Shown piece by piece: positions 8,221 to 18,442 of a stretch of DNA of 64,000 nt (within the stretch, counting starts at the first letter, position 1; each line of letters starts with the position of its first letter). Below the pieces are notes generated by a model. It was not told where the DNA came from, made no database searches, and was given only the letters and a program-made list of their open reading frames with translations. Made by a program: the position numbers and the translations under genes. This stretch comes from Planctomycetales bacterium (lineage in GTDB: Bacteria > 4484-113), in the NCBI GenBank assembly GCA_030606285.1, contig JAUWGS010000001.1:176696-240695 (forward strand). The letters are read 5' to 3'.

Positions 8221-8720
8221 CTCCGCTTCCCCCGTTGTACCCGCAGGATGATGAGTGAGATGACGCCTATGGTGAAGAGCACAAGCGCGGTTACCGCTAT
8301 TGCCAATCCCATATCATAGTAATATCCGGTGCCACGGCTTAGCTCAAGTTCGGCGAATAGGTCGCTAAACTCATCCAGAAATCGGAGACGAGCCCGGTAC
8401 ATGAAGATCGCAACTACCACCGCGAAAACTGTGCCAAGCGTGAAGTATACAAGAAGCAGTTTTGAACCCAGGCCGAGAGGGTCAAACCAGACGGGCAGGT
8501 CGCCTCTGCGCTTGGATGTCGATGTACCGGGTTCGGGATATTCCAGGGGTACGATGAGCTCTTCGCACTCCGGGCACTTCTTAACGCCCGTGACGACCAG
8601 AACCCCACAGCGCGAGCAACGCTCAAACGCAAAGCTGCAACTCTTGCAGACTAGGTTCTCGCCCAGCGGCTCGGAGCAATAGGGGCAGCGTGGATCCCTG
8701 TCAGTCATCTTCTCATTCAC
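8217..8720 (-). CDS. Double zinc-ribbon membrane protein (2 of 3)
   Basis: CPYC, CKSC, CSRC, CPEC plus two TM helices; overlaps both neighbours. Confidence 0.75.
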   Translation of the reverse strand: MNEKMTDRDPRCPYCSEPLGENLVCKSCSFAFERCSRCGVLVVTGVKKCPECEELIVPLEYPEPGTSTSKRRGDLPVWFDPLGLGSKLLLVYFTLGTVFAVVVAIFMYRARLRFLDEFSDLFAELELSRGTGYYYDMGLAIAVTALVLFTIGVISLIILRVQRGKRR

Positions 8721-9420
8721 GTTTCCTCGCCCTGAACATCAGCCAGGTAAACACGCCATAGACAATGGCTACCAGCAACGTGCCGATGAGCACTAGGATT
8801 GGCCAGGTCAGAAGCAGTGATACTGTGGATCCTTGATAACCCGCAAGTTGCAGAGCCATGAACTGGGGATAAATGTAGATGAAAAAGAAAACCAGTATGA
8901 TAAGCGTAGCCACGATACGCATCAAGTAGAAGGCTGGATGGTAGTAGTACGGATGCCCCCAGGGCCCCCACCACGGCCAGGGGAACCACCAGAACCACCA
9001 GTCGTTGGGTTTCCAGGGACCGTCCTTTCGCGGCACAACACCTTTGCCGTGCGCCAGGTTGGTTTTCCTCGCTTCAAGACGCTTCAGCGCATCCGATCTT
9101 CTCGTAGCCTCCTGTGCGGCTCTGGCGTGTTCCTCTGAAAGCGCCTCTACAGTGAAGCGCTCGTCGGTGGCTGGCACAACCGGTGTCTCATCGCCAATCT
9201 CTAGCCTGCTGAGCCGTTCGCTACCGGGATCCTTGACAGGCTCGTCATCCATGTCGTCGAAGGAATAAGAACGTGCGACCGGACGACCGCAGGAAGGACA
9301 GAAATGCTCGCGGGCGTCAAACAGCTCGTGACAGTAGACGCATCCCTGGAAGCGGATTCCGCAGAGCGGGCAGTAAAGCTCCGGTACCGCAAGCTCACCT
9401 TCACATCGCGGACAGCGCAT
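8713..9420 (-). CDS. Double zinc-ribbon membrane protein (1 of 3)
   Basis: CPRC, CPLC, CVYC, CPSC, Trp/Pro-rich patch, two TM helices. Confidence 0.75.
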   Translation of the reverse strand: MRCPRCEGELAVPELYCPLCGIRFQGCVYCHELFDAREHFCPSCGRPVARSYSFDDMDDEPVKDPGSERLSRLEIGDETPVVPATDERFTVEALSEEHARAAQEATRRSDALKRLEARKTNLAHGKGVVPRKDGPWKPNDWWFWWFPWPWWGPWGHPYYYHPAFYLMRIVATLIILVFFFIYIYPQFMALQLAGYQGSTVSLLLTWPILVLIGTLLVAIVYGVFTWLMFRARKRE

Positions 9421-9479
9421 TCTACGTAGATTCTAGCATAGGAGCGCTCGGAACAGCGCCAGTGCTAAAATGAACACCA

Positions 9480-12284
9480 GTGTTGAGGATTGCGGTTATC
9501 GCGGGTGTTACAGAGGATTTAAGGCATGCCGTGCTGGCAGTTGACCCAGTCGCACGGAAGCTCGCAGTGGTCTCCTCGGAGCCTATTTCCGCAGGCGCAC
9601 TGCCGAAACTCGACACCGATTGTTACCTTCTCCATTCCCCCCTTAAGCCGGATGTTCTGGGCCTTCCTGGAAGCCAGTGCGCAACATCAGGCGAAGTGGC
9701 CTACTTGAGCGGTCAGAAAGCATCCTGCCGAAGCGTCATTGAGCTGAAGGAACGCGTGCTGAGCTGGGAGACTATTCTGCCGGAAGGACTTCCAGATGAA
9801 AGCGTGGGAGTTCTAGGGGCTCTGGTAACTCTCATTGAGCGGCTGGACGGCATGTCAGAGGGATTGCGGACCTCGTTGGCAATGATTGCTGACGAAGGGG
9901 GCTTTCCGCCTGAGCTGATCACGCTGCAGGCGGCTGAAATTCTGCCTGGAGAGAACCCGTACTTTCCTGAAGACATGCGCGTGGATTTGCCGCCTCGTAT
10001 GAAGACTAAGGACGAAACTGCGCTTGATATGCTTAAGCAATTGCCGCAGCCTGGCGAGGTTTTCTTGCGCTTGCGCCAGGGGGACTTCGCTGAGCAGGGA
10101 TACGAATATCGCGCTGAACAGGAGCAGTTCGCCGAGCGCGTGCGCAAGGCTCTTGCTGACGAGGTCAATCTGCTCATTGAGGCCGGCACCGGCGTGGGGA
10201 AATCGCTGGGGTATCTCATACCGGTGGTGCGGCATTCTCTTGCTTCGGGCGAGCCGGTTCTGATTTCAACGAACACCAAAATCCTCCAGGACCAGCTGCT
10301 GACCAGCGATTACCCCAAGCTCGTAGAGCTGCTTGGAGCGCCGCTCCCGCCTCCAGTTGTGCTCAAGGGCCGCGAGAACTACTTGTGCCTGGAGAAACTC
10401 CGCCTGAACGCCCTTACGTCGCGCTCAGACTTGCGTGACCTACTCAGCAGTGTTGGGGAATCGGGAAGTGTGCGCACAACTGCCTTGGCACTGATGGGTT
10501 TTGCACTGCATACAACGAGTTCTGTTACAGGTGACTTCGAGTACATCGCGATGCCTGAGGGTTTTGTGGCGGAGTCGGCGGTCAGACTGAAAAGACGGCT
10601 GAACTCAGCCTTCCGAGGGTGCTTGCGGGAACGATGCCCTTTGCTTGGCCAGTGTTACTTCTATTCGCAGCGCGATGCGGCAGAACGCTCGCCCGTGGTC
10701 ATAGTCAACCACGCGCTTCTATTTGCATTGGCTCATCCAGGCACAGATGCAGCGATGGATCCGCTTGCGTCCTTTGTGGACAGCAGCCCTTACTGGATAC
10801 TTGACGAAGGCCACAATCTGGAGGAAGTTCTGCTGGACGCGCTTGGGGCGACTGTAGCATCTGTCGAGCTAATCGAGTTTGTGAACGGATTGCAGCGGTT
10901 GATCTCAAACCGTACTTTGGTATCGCGCCTGGCATTTCCCGGGGATGAGGTCCCGTCAGAGCATCGCGAAAACTACACGAAGCTCAAGGAGATGCAGGCT
11001 ACAGCTCCCGGCGCTGCGGAAAGCGTATACGACAGCTTCACTGCTCTAAGTGAAATAGCGCAGCAGGCCTTTGACGAGTTTCGGGATGAGCGCGCGCGTG
11101 ATGTGCTGCGGCTGGATCTTACCGAGCCACAGAAGGAGGAAGTAGTTGAGCTGCGTGACAGGCTTCTGGAGGAGGTTGCGATTCTCTATGATCGCTTGCT
11201 CGATTTAAACGATGCTATCACTCATTTGGCGGAGCAGACAGGCGGCGACACGGAGGGTTTTTTCTATCTTGACGACAACAGGTATCAGATGCAGCTCCGC
11301 GAGGCGGGGAACCTTTTCGAGCAGCTAAAGCAGGCGTGCGGGAAGCTCCTGTCGGAAGACGAAACCTGGGTCAGGTGGATTGAAGCGTTCGCTGCCGGTC
11401 GCAGGCGCGATGTCTTCTGGCAGCTTGCAGCCTGTCCTGTGGTTGTGGGCGATTACTTCACTGACCTCCTGGAGAACCGGAAATCAACGGTGATAGTATC
11501 CGGAACGCTCGCTATTGGTGGGCGGTTCGACTACGTGAAGCGGATCCTGGGGCTGAACAGTCTTCCGCAAGAGAATCTTGAAGAGAGCATACTGGCCTCT
11601 CCATTTGACTACCCGCGGCGCTCTCTTGTGCTTGTGCCAAGCGATGTGCCAGAGCCGGACTTCAGAGACCAGAAAGCCCACAACAGGTACCTTGAAGCGC
11701 TGGCAGAGATTGTGAACGAAGCGGTGCACGTGTTTGATGGTGCGACTCTGGTTCTCTTCAACTCGTATAGCGACCTGTTGGCTGTTGTGGGAATGAGCGA
11801 AGAGCTGGAGAAGGAGGGCTTCACTCTTCTAGTGCAGGAACGCGGAGTGTCTCGTTTACAGCTTGCTAGCGAATTCAGGAAAGAAGACAAGGCAATTCTC
11901 TTCGGAACCCGCAGTTTCTGGGAGGGTTTCGACATACGCGGAGAAGACCTGCAGTGTGTGATTATCAGTCGCTTTCCCTTTCCCAATCTGCACGACCCGC
12001 TAACCGCAGGAAAGGTACGCTACATTGATCGCAACGGAGGGAATTCCTTCAAAGACTACATGCTGCCGTCTGCGATAATGAAGTTCACGCAGGGCTTTGG
12101 AAGGCTGATCCGAAGCACCGAGGATTATGGTTGCGTGTTACTGCTCGACCGCCGCGCGCTTACCAAGAACTACGGAACCCAGTTTTTGCGCAACTTGCCT
12201 GGGCCTGCGATGAAGAAGCTGCCAAAGCAGAGACTCGGCGAGCAGATGCGTAGCTTTCTGTCCACTGTGAGGGAGGCCCGTTAG
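9480..12284 (+). CDS. DinG/YoaA-family ATP-dependent DNA helicase
   Basis: EYRAEQ, EAGTGVGKS, KGRENYLC, Fe-S cysteines, VNHALL, DEGHNL, SGT, SPF, SFWEGFDIRG, QGFGRLIR. Confidence 0.9.
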   Translation: MLRIAVIAGVTEDLRHAVLAVDPVARKLAVVSSEPISAGALPKLDTDCYLLHSPLKPDVLGLPGSQCATSGEVAYLSGQKASCRSVIELKERVLSWETILPEGLPDESVGVLGALVTLIERLDGMSEGLRTSLAMIADEGGFPPELITLQAAEILPGENPYFPEDMRVDLPPRMKTKDETALDMLKQLPQPGEVFLRLRQGDFAEQGYEYRAEQEQFAERVRKALADEVNLLIEAGTGVGKSLGYLIPVVRHSLASGEPVLISTNTKILQDQLLTSDYPKLVELLGAPLPPPVVLKGRENYLCLEKLRLNALTSRSDLRDLLSSVGESGSVRTTALALMGFALHTTSSVTGDFEYIAMPEGFVAESAVRLKRRLNSAFRGCLRERCPLLGQCYFYSQRDAAERSPVVIVNHALLFALAHPGTDAAMDPLASFVDSSPYWILDEGHNLEEVLLDALGATVASVELIEFVNGLQRLISNRTLVSRLAFPGDEVPSEHRENYTKLKEMQATAPGAAESVYDSFTALSEIAQQAFDEFRDERARDVLRLDLTEPQKEEVVELRDRLLEEVAILYDRLLDLNDAITHLAEQTGGDTEGFFYLDDNRYQMQLREAGNLFEQLKQACGKLLSEDETWVRWIEAFAAGRRRDVFWQLAACPVVVGDYFTDLLENRKSTVIVSGTLAIGGRFDYVKRILGLNSLPQENLEESILASPFDYPRRSLVLVPSDVPEPDFRDQKAHNRYLEALAEIVNEAVHVFDGATLVLFNSYSDLLAVVGMSEELEKEGFTLLVQERGVSRLQLASEFRKEDKAILFGTRSFWEGFDIRGEDLQCVIISRFPFPNLHDPLTAGKVRYIDRNGGNSFKDYMLPSAIMKFTQGFGRLIRSTEDYGCVLLLDRRALTKNYGTQFLRNLPGPAMKKLPKQRLGEQMRSFLSTVREAR

Positions 12285-13375
12285 TGCGTGTGAGAGTGGT
12301 AGGAGCCGGGCCCGTTGGCATGGCGCTCGTGGCTGCCCTGAAGCGCGGTGGCGAGACCGAACTCAGATGGTACGTGCGCAACGAGGCCATCCGCACACGG
12401 CTTCTTGAGGAAGGACTGCGGGTGAGCTTTCAGGCTTCTGATGCTGAGTTTGACTTGCGAGCATTCGTGCCTGATGATCCGGACAACATTTCAGTGGAAG
12501 AACTTAGCGCCGCCGGCAAACCCGAAACAGCCCTGCAACAGCTGGAAGAGTCAGAACCCGACTTCACCTTGAGTTTCAAAGAAGAGGAGATAGTCTCTGA
12601 TGTAGAAACCTTTGTTAAGGCTCAGTCGGATGTGAGTTTCTCCTGCACCAAGGCGGATTCGCTGTTTTCAGTGCGCTCGCAGATCGCATCCCGCCTGAAA
12701 GGACTCTGCTTTTTTGTGGTAAACGGATTCTGGCTGCATCCGGGGCTTGATCTCGGAGTGATGTTCGGTGGCGGCTTCAGTCAGGGCGCACGGGTCTCGC
12801 TCATCCCCAGGGGAAGGTTGGTTCTTGGGCGCGTGAAATCCCCGCATGCGGACTTCCTGACTGTTGAGCCGGAAGATGGCGCGGGGACTCTAATCTATCG
12901 CCTGGAAGAACTTGAGATGCTGGAAAGCTTGGCAGGCCTAACGAACGGTGACGTTCTGCGTATCGAAACACAACCAGATATTTACCCTACAATGCTGCGC
13001 AAGGCCGCTTTGAACTGCCTGGTAAATCCTCTTGCAGCGATTTCGGGGCATCCCAACGGGGCACTGCTCATGGATGAAGTGCGATCCGTAGTTGGCAAGC
13101 TGGCAAGAGAAATCGTTGATGTCCTGGTGGCAGCGAGCTTTGTGCAAAAGGGCGATGAGAGTCTCAGTGTTGAAGCGCTCATTGGCGACTTCGACCGCAT
13201 ATGTCGCGACACAGCGGGCAACTTCGGGTCGCAGTTGATTGACCGCCTAAGGGGTCGTAGAAGCGAAACCAAGCATCTAAACGGGATGCTCCTTGGCATC
13301 GCACAGCGCTATGGCATCCCGATGCCTGTCAACGCGACGATTTGCGCGCTACTGCAGATTTCAATGGAGGAGTAG
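12284..13375 (+). CDS. Ketopantoate reductase family protein (divergent PanE-like)
   Basis: GAGPVG Rossmann start, KAALNCLVNPL, SQLID..GRRSE..LNG, MPVN; overlaps the helicase stop by 1 nt. Confidence 0.7.
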   Translation: MRVRVVGAGPVGMALVAALKRGGETELRWYVRNEAIRTRLLEEGLRVSFQASDAEFDLRAFVPDDPDNISVEELSAAGKPETALQQLEESEPDFTLSFKEEEIVSDVETFVKAQSDVSFSCTKADSLFSVRSQIASRLKGLCFFVVNGFWLHPGLDLGVMFGGGFSQGARVSLIPRGRLVLGRVKSPHADFLTVEPEDGAGTLIYRLEELEMLESLAGLTNGDVLRIETQPDIYPTMLRKAALNCLVNPLAAISGHPNGALLMDEVRSVVGKLAREIVDVLVAASFVQKGDESLSVEALIGDFDRICRDTAGNFGSQLIDRLRGRRSETKHLNGMLLGIAQRYGIPMPVNATICALLQISMEE

Positions 13376-13434
13376 GCTAATCGTCGAGTGGCGATGCTAT
13401 AATCGCCGGGCAATCACTTAGGGGGCCTTATACA

Positions 13435-16400
13435 ATGCGATGTATTCTCCTTTCGCTTGCAGCTTTTTTTTCAATTATGTTCATCGTAGTGTTTCCCGCA
13501 AGCGCTGCCGAAGAAGTCTGTGGAATGCTCTACCCGTGGATATCCCCGGATGGTAACCGGATTGCGTTTTCCTATCAGGGGGACATCTGGGTTGTGCCTT
13601 CCACTGGCGGACAGGCCAGGCGGCTGACGGTCAGCGTAGCGTTCGACCGGAGTCCCCGCTGGTCTCCCGACGGCTCTAAACTGGCGTTTTGCAGCAATCG
13701 CGACGGCAATTACGACATCTACGTGATTCCCTCCACCGGCGGCGATGCGAAAAGACTGACCTACAGTGACGCAAACGACTATCCGGGTGATTGGTCGTCG
13801 GACGGCCGGAAGGTGCTGTTCACAACCTACAGGTACTTCCCCGGCAGCCAGATGATGGAGATTGACGTCGAAACGCTTGAGGAGTGGTTGATTCTGTGGG
13901 ACAACACGTCGCTGCGCTATCCTCGGTACAGCCCTGATGGCACGCAGATTGCGTTTGGGCGCGGGCCAAGCTCATACTCTCGGCTTGGCTATCGTGGCGC
14001 AGGGAACTCCCAGATATGGGTGATGGACACTGACGAGAATGGTGGCAGGCGGCTGGACGATTGGGATGGCGGTCAGTTCTGGGCGCAGTGGTCTGCAGAT
14101 GGGAGTTCTGTCTATTACGCTACCGACCGAAACGGTCGCAGAAGCATGTACGCGATTGACGCTAACGGTGGCAAGCCACGTGAGGTTCTCAAGATCACAG
14201 GGAAAGACATCTTCTATCCGAGCATTGCTCGTGATGGCACAGCGGCAATCTGGGCTGACGGAAGTATGTATGTGGGCAAGGTCAGTCCTCAAGGTCTGAT
14301 TCGCGAACCGAAGCGTGTAAGCACCTCCATTGGTGGTGATAGCAAGTTTCAGTACGTAACGCGTGAAGTCTTCAGCACTGCCGATGAGGTTGTCGCCTCA
14401 CCAGACGGCGAATGGCTAGCGCTGGTCATCCGGGGGGACATCTACATCCAGCCGGTTTCGCGCACTCCTGAAGAGGAAGTGGATGCGCCACATGGTGGGG
14501 AGGCGGTGAACTTCACGAACACGCCCGGTCGTGAGTGGATGGTCCAGTGGCACCCGGAGGGCGACAAGCTCGTCTTCGTATCAGACAGGGACGGCGACCA
14601 GAACATCTATGAACTGCACCTCAATACGCGCGAATGGAAGCGCCTGACGGACACGCACGAAGTGGACATCAATCCGCGGTTGTCGCCTGACGGCACAAAG
14701 GTTGCCTTCTACCGCGGCGAGGGCGATCTAATAGTGCTAGACCTGGAGACGAAGCGTGAACGGCGAATTGCGCACGGTGTCACCCGTCGTGGCGTTTGGT
14801 ATACGTCGCTGGAGTGGTCGCCGGACGGCGAATGGCTGGCTTACACGCAGATCACGCCCGCGTACGACCGCGATGTATGGTTGGTCAGGCCGGATGGCAG
14901 CGAGGAGCCTCATAACATCACGCAGTACCCCGCTACCAATTGGGGACCGATGTGGACCGGCGACTGTAAGAACATCGTGTTCGTGAGCTACCGCGAGGGT
15001 GAATACTCACGGGTATACGTCCTTCCGCTTAAGCCGCCCGAAATCCTGTTCACAGACGAAATGGAGTTTGGGCAGCCTGAATCGGAGGACGAAGTTGAAG
15101 ATGAAGATGAAGGAGATGAGGATGAGGATACAGGCGATGAAGCACCACCAGAGGAGGAAGAGGAGGAGCGACTGGTCGAGATCGATTTCCGGAACATCGA
15201 ACACCGGGCACGTGTCATCAGCGAAGCTCTGGCCGTTATAAACAACATCGCCGTATCGCCTGACGGCAAGACCTGCATTTACCAAGCATCCACTACTGCG
15301 AGTGACTTCAAGCTGTGGGCGGTGGATCTTCTCACGGGGGAGAGCAACTATGTTGCGGTCTCTGCTCCGCTCAACTGGCTGACCTGGACTTCAGACGCAG
15401 GCCCGTACGGCGTTTACGAAGGCGGTCATGTAGTCGAAATTGAGATGAACGGCTCAAAGGTACAGGGAGTGTCTGGCGTTGCGGTGACCGCAAGAACCCT
15501 TCTGGACCGTCCGGCAGAACTCCTCGCGATGTACGATGAGGCGTACCGCAATCTGAAGTACGGCTTCTATGATCCGAAACTCCACGGGCGGGATATGGAT
15601 GCTGCATATCGCAAGTATCGCCGCATGATTGAGCATGCGGTTACTCACGAGGAGTTCGACATATTCACGACTTTCCTGTTGGGTGAGCTTAACGCAAGCC
15701 ACCTTGGCATCTGGGGAGACACCAGTTTCGAGGGCATAGGCGCGAGCGTAGGGATGCTCGGTGTCCACTTCAATCCGCATTACACTGCGCGCGGGTTGGA
15801 AGTTGCGCGGATTCTGGAAATGGGGCCCAGCGACCGAGATGAAAGCCGCCTGTCCGTTGGAGATGTGATTCTGGAAGTGAACGGCAAGCCCGCAGGCTTC
15901 AGCGAGGACTTCTTCGGCGCTCTTGACGGGACTATCGGCAGGACCGTGCATCTGGAAGTACAGCATGCAGATGGCTCGGTGGAGGACGTTCGAACTCGGC
16001 CAATCTCACGCACGGCACAGAGGAAGCTGGAGTATGAGCAGTGGGTGCGAAACAACCGAAAGTACGTTGAGGAGATTTCAGATGGGCGTGTCACATACCT
16101 GCATATCCAGCGGATGTATGATGACTGTCTCTATCGTTTTGAGCGTGACCTCTTCGGCTACGGAATGGATTACGACGCGGTCATAATTGACGTACGGTAT
16201 AACGGCGGTGGGTATATCGCTGAGCAGCTCTTTGAGATTCTCGGACGAAGTCCTAGCGGAATGATGCAGCGACGTACTGGGCCCAGGCACGTTACTCCGG
16301 CAAAGATGTACCGTGGCGTGAAAGTGTGCGTAATCAACCAGCACAGCTTCTCCAACGCCGAGATGTTCGCCTACGGGTTCAAAGTGCTCGGCTTCGGGAA

Positions 16401-16635
16401 AGTTGTAGGGATGCCCACAAACGGTGGGGTCATTGGCACGCGCAGCTACCAGTTGCTCGATGGGACGACATTCCGCATCCCGTTGACCGGTCGATACAGG
16501 CTGGATGGCACGAACATGGAGAACAACCCGGTTGAGCCGGATGTCTGGGTAGAGGCACCGCTAGGTGTGATTTCGGCAGAGGACGACCCTCAGCTCCGGA
16601 GAGCTGTCGAGGTCGCCCTGGATGACCTGCGTTAG
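13435..16635 (+). CDS. Tricorn-like S41 family peptidase with PD40/TolB beta-propeller repeats and PDZ domain
   Basis: Signal peptide; many SPDG repeats; GELNASH, DVRYNGGG, SFSNAE catalytic Ser region, DDPQLRRAVE. Confidence 0.9.
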   Translation: MRCILLSLAAFFSIMFIVVFPASAAEEVCGMLYPWISPDGNRIAFSYQGDIWVVPSTGGQARRLTVSVAFDRSPRWSPDGSKLAFCSNRDGNYDIYVIPSTGGDAKRLTYSDANDYPGDWSSDGRKVLFTTYRYFPGSQMMEIDVETLEEWLILWDNTSLRYPRYSPDGTQIAFGRGPSSYSRLGYRGAGNSQIWVMDTDENGGRRLDDWDGGQFWAQWSADGSSVYYATDRNGRRSMYAIDANGGKPREVLKITGKDIFYPSIARDGTAAIWADGSMYVGKVSPQGLIREPKRVSTSIGGDSKFQYVTREVFSTADEVVASPDGEWLALVIRGDIYIQPVSRTPEEEVDAPHGGEAVNFTNTPGREWMVQWHPEGDKLVFVSDRDGDQNIYELHLNTREWKRLTDTHEVDINPRLSPDGTKVAFYRGEGDLIVLDLETKRERRIAHGVTRRGVWYTSLEWSPDGEWLAYTQITPAYDRDVWLVRPDGSEEPHNITQYPATNWGPMWTGDCKNIVFVSYREGEYSRVYVLPLKPPEILFTDEMEFGQPESEDEVEDEDEGDEDEDTGDEAPPEEEEEERLVEIDFRNIEHRARVISEALAVINNIAVSPDGKTCIYQASTTASDFKLWAVDLLTGESNYVAVSAPLNWLTWTSDAGPYGVYEGGHVVEIEMNGSKVQGVSGVAVTARTLLDRPAELLAMYDEAYRNLKYGFYDPKLHGRDMDAAYRKYRRMIEHAVTHEEFDIFTTFLLGELNASHLGIWGDTSFEGIGASVGMLGVHFNPHYTARGLEVARILEMGPSDRDESRLSVGDVILEVNGKPAGFSEDFFGALDGTIGRTVHLEVQHADGSVEDVRTRPISRTAQRKLEYEQWVRNNRKYVEEISDGRVTYLHIQRMYDDCLYRFERDLFGYGMDYDAVIIDVRYNGGGYIAEQLFEILGRSPSGMMQRRTGPRHVTPAKMYRGVKVCVINQHSFSNAEMFAYGFKVLGFGKVVGMPTNGGVIGTRSYQLLDGTTFRIPLTGRYRLDGTNMENNPVEPDVWVEAPLGVISAEDDPQLRRAVEVALDDLR

Positions 16636-16642
16636 GGTCTGA

Positions 16643-17425
16643 TTACTTGCCGGTGAAGTTGGCCTTGCGCTTCTCCATGAAGGCTTTGGTACCTTCCTTC
16701 ATGTCGCCTGTGGCGCAGAGTTCACCGAAGAGCTTCGCCTCGTGAGCCTTCGCGTCATCAAGCGGCATGTCGAGCCCCTCGTTTACCAGGCGGATGCACA
16801 TAGCCACGGCGGCAGGCCCCTTGGACATTATGCCACGGGCCAGTTCCTCAGCTTTGGTCAGCAGCTCGTCATCTGGATACACGTGGTTGACCAGCCCTAT
16901 AGCCTGGGCTTCGTTTGCCCGAACCATGTTGCCGCTCATTATCATCTCCAACGCCCGTCCCTTTCCGATGAGTCGGGGAAGACGCTGCGTGCCGCCATAG
17001 CCCGGTGTGATTCCCAGTCCCACCTCCGGCTGGCCAAAGCGAGCATTCTCGTTGGCTAGGCGGATATGGCAGGCCATCGCCAGTTCGCAGCCGCCGCCCA
17101 AAGCGAATCCGTTCACTGCTGCGATGACAGGTTTGGGCAGCTTCTCGATGAGCGTGAAGATGTCATGGCCTTCCTGCGCGAAATGCGCGCCCGAGCTCTG
17201 GTCTAGCGTGTGAATCTCAGTGATGTCCGCTCCCGCAACGAAGGCCTTCTCGCCGGCTCCAGTGACAATGACGGCCTTAATCTCGTCATTGTCCCGGATG
17301 TGCTCGAATGCAGCCTTGATCTCCCGCATCACTTCGTTGTTCAGGGCGTTGAGCTTGTCCGGGCGGTTGATAGTCAGAACCGCCAGCCCATCCTTCACTT
17401 CCAGCACGAGATTGTTGAACTCCAT
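16643..17425 (-). CDS. crt: Enoyl-CoA hydratase (crotonase)
   Basis: AFVAGADI, GFALGGGCE, GQPEVGLGITPGYGGTQRL; AGGAGG RBS. Confidence 0.88.
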   Translation of the reverse strand: MEFNNLVLEVKDGLAVLTINRPDKLNALNNEVMREIKAAFEHIRDNDEIKAVIVTGAGEKAFVAGADITEIHTLDQSSGAHFAQEGHDIFTLIEKLPKPVIAAVNGFALGGGCELAMACHIRLANENARFGQPEVGLGITPGYGGTQRLPRLIGKGRALEMIMSGNMVRANEAQAIGLVNHVYPDDELLTKAEELARGIMSKGPAAVAMCIRLVNEGLDMPLDDAKAHEAKLFGELCATGDMKEGTKAFMEKRKANFTGK

Positions 17426-17501
17426 AGTTTCCCCTCCTAAGACCTAATGACAGCTACCAGTATGAATGCACCGACCCCTCCGGTCTGGTGAGCCTTAGCC
17501 G

Positions 17502-18407
17502 CTAATCGTCTTTAGCGGTGGGCTCAGAATCAGCCGGTGTTTCTTCGTCGTCACCCGCTTCCCTCGGGGTCGTATCGGTGAGCATCTCGACGGCGATTTC
17601 CTCAGGCTCCGCCTCTTCTCGGGACTCTTGTGCGCGTGTGAACTTTGTGTAGTCCCAGTGTGCGAGAATGTCAGCAACTTGCTGGTCAGAAAGACGCTCT
17701 ACAGAGAAGAAGGGCATGGGCGGGTAGTTGTCTCCCAGCTCTCCTTGTGCATCCTCCGGAACCTTCATATCACGGATCTTGGCAAGAACCAGAGAAGCGT
17801 CCGCTTTGAAGCTGAGTTCCGGAAGGACCCCTTTGTTACGATGACACAGCACACAGGACGCCGAGAACAGTTTCTCCCCTCTGCGGGGGTCGCCATCCAT
17901 CCCTGGAGCCCTGGAAGTACGCGTAATGGTCACTGGAGGCGCGGTGTCATCTGGCGAAATCGAATGAAGATATGCCAGCAAGGCCTGCATTCTCTCATCG
18001 GAGAGCTTCAAGGCGTCTGTTTGCAGGAAAGCTACGACGCACGTGTTTATGCCCCGGGCCAGCGAGATGTCTCCATTGCCGGAATACGCTCCGTTATAGT
18101 AAGAAGGCCTCACGGCGCTGTTCCACAGTGAACTGCCAGGGCGCCAGTATCCGTCATCGAGCTTGCCCTCATCAAAATTCGCGTGGCAATAGATGCAGGC
18201 GTAGTTGCTCTTTCCCCAGGCGCGGTAGTAGTAACCCTTTCCTGCGAGGGCGAGTTCAGCTTCATCCGCAAGGCCCGTGCCATTTCCGGCCTGGCTCGAC
18301 AGCGCCATGAAAGCGGCCAGGACCAGGATGACACCAAGCACGCAAAAAGCCACAGTTATCCGTTGTGCCAGCCCTTCCTCCCGAGGCGCCCTTTGCGCCC
18401 CCACCAT
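17502..18407 (-). CDS. Membrane-anchored/exported diheme c-type cytochrome (TsdA/SoxA-like fold)
   Basis: CIYCH and CVLCH, INTC, GDPRRGEKLF, MP; N-terminal TM helix; true start may be CTG at 18371. Confidence 0.75.
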   Translation of the reverse strand: MVGAQRAPREEGLAQRITVAFCVLGVILVLAAFMALSSQAGNGTGLADEAELALAGKGYYYRAWGKSNYACIYCHANFDEGKLDDGYWRPGSSLWNSAVRPSYYNGAYSGNGDISLARGINTCVVAFLQTDALKLSDERMQALLAYLHSISPDDTAPPVTITRTSRAPGMDGDPRRGEKLFSASCVLCHRNKGVLPELSFKADASLVLAKIRDMKVPEDAQGELGDNYPPMPFFSVERLSDQQVADILAHWDYTKFTRAQESREEAEPEEIAVEMLTDTTPREAGDDEETPADSEPTAKDD

Positions 18408-18442
18408 TGTAGCGGAAATCCGGGTGTGAGAGAACCTTCCGT

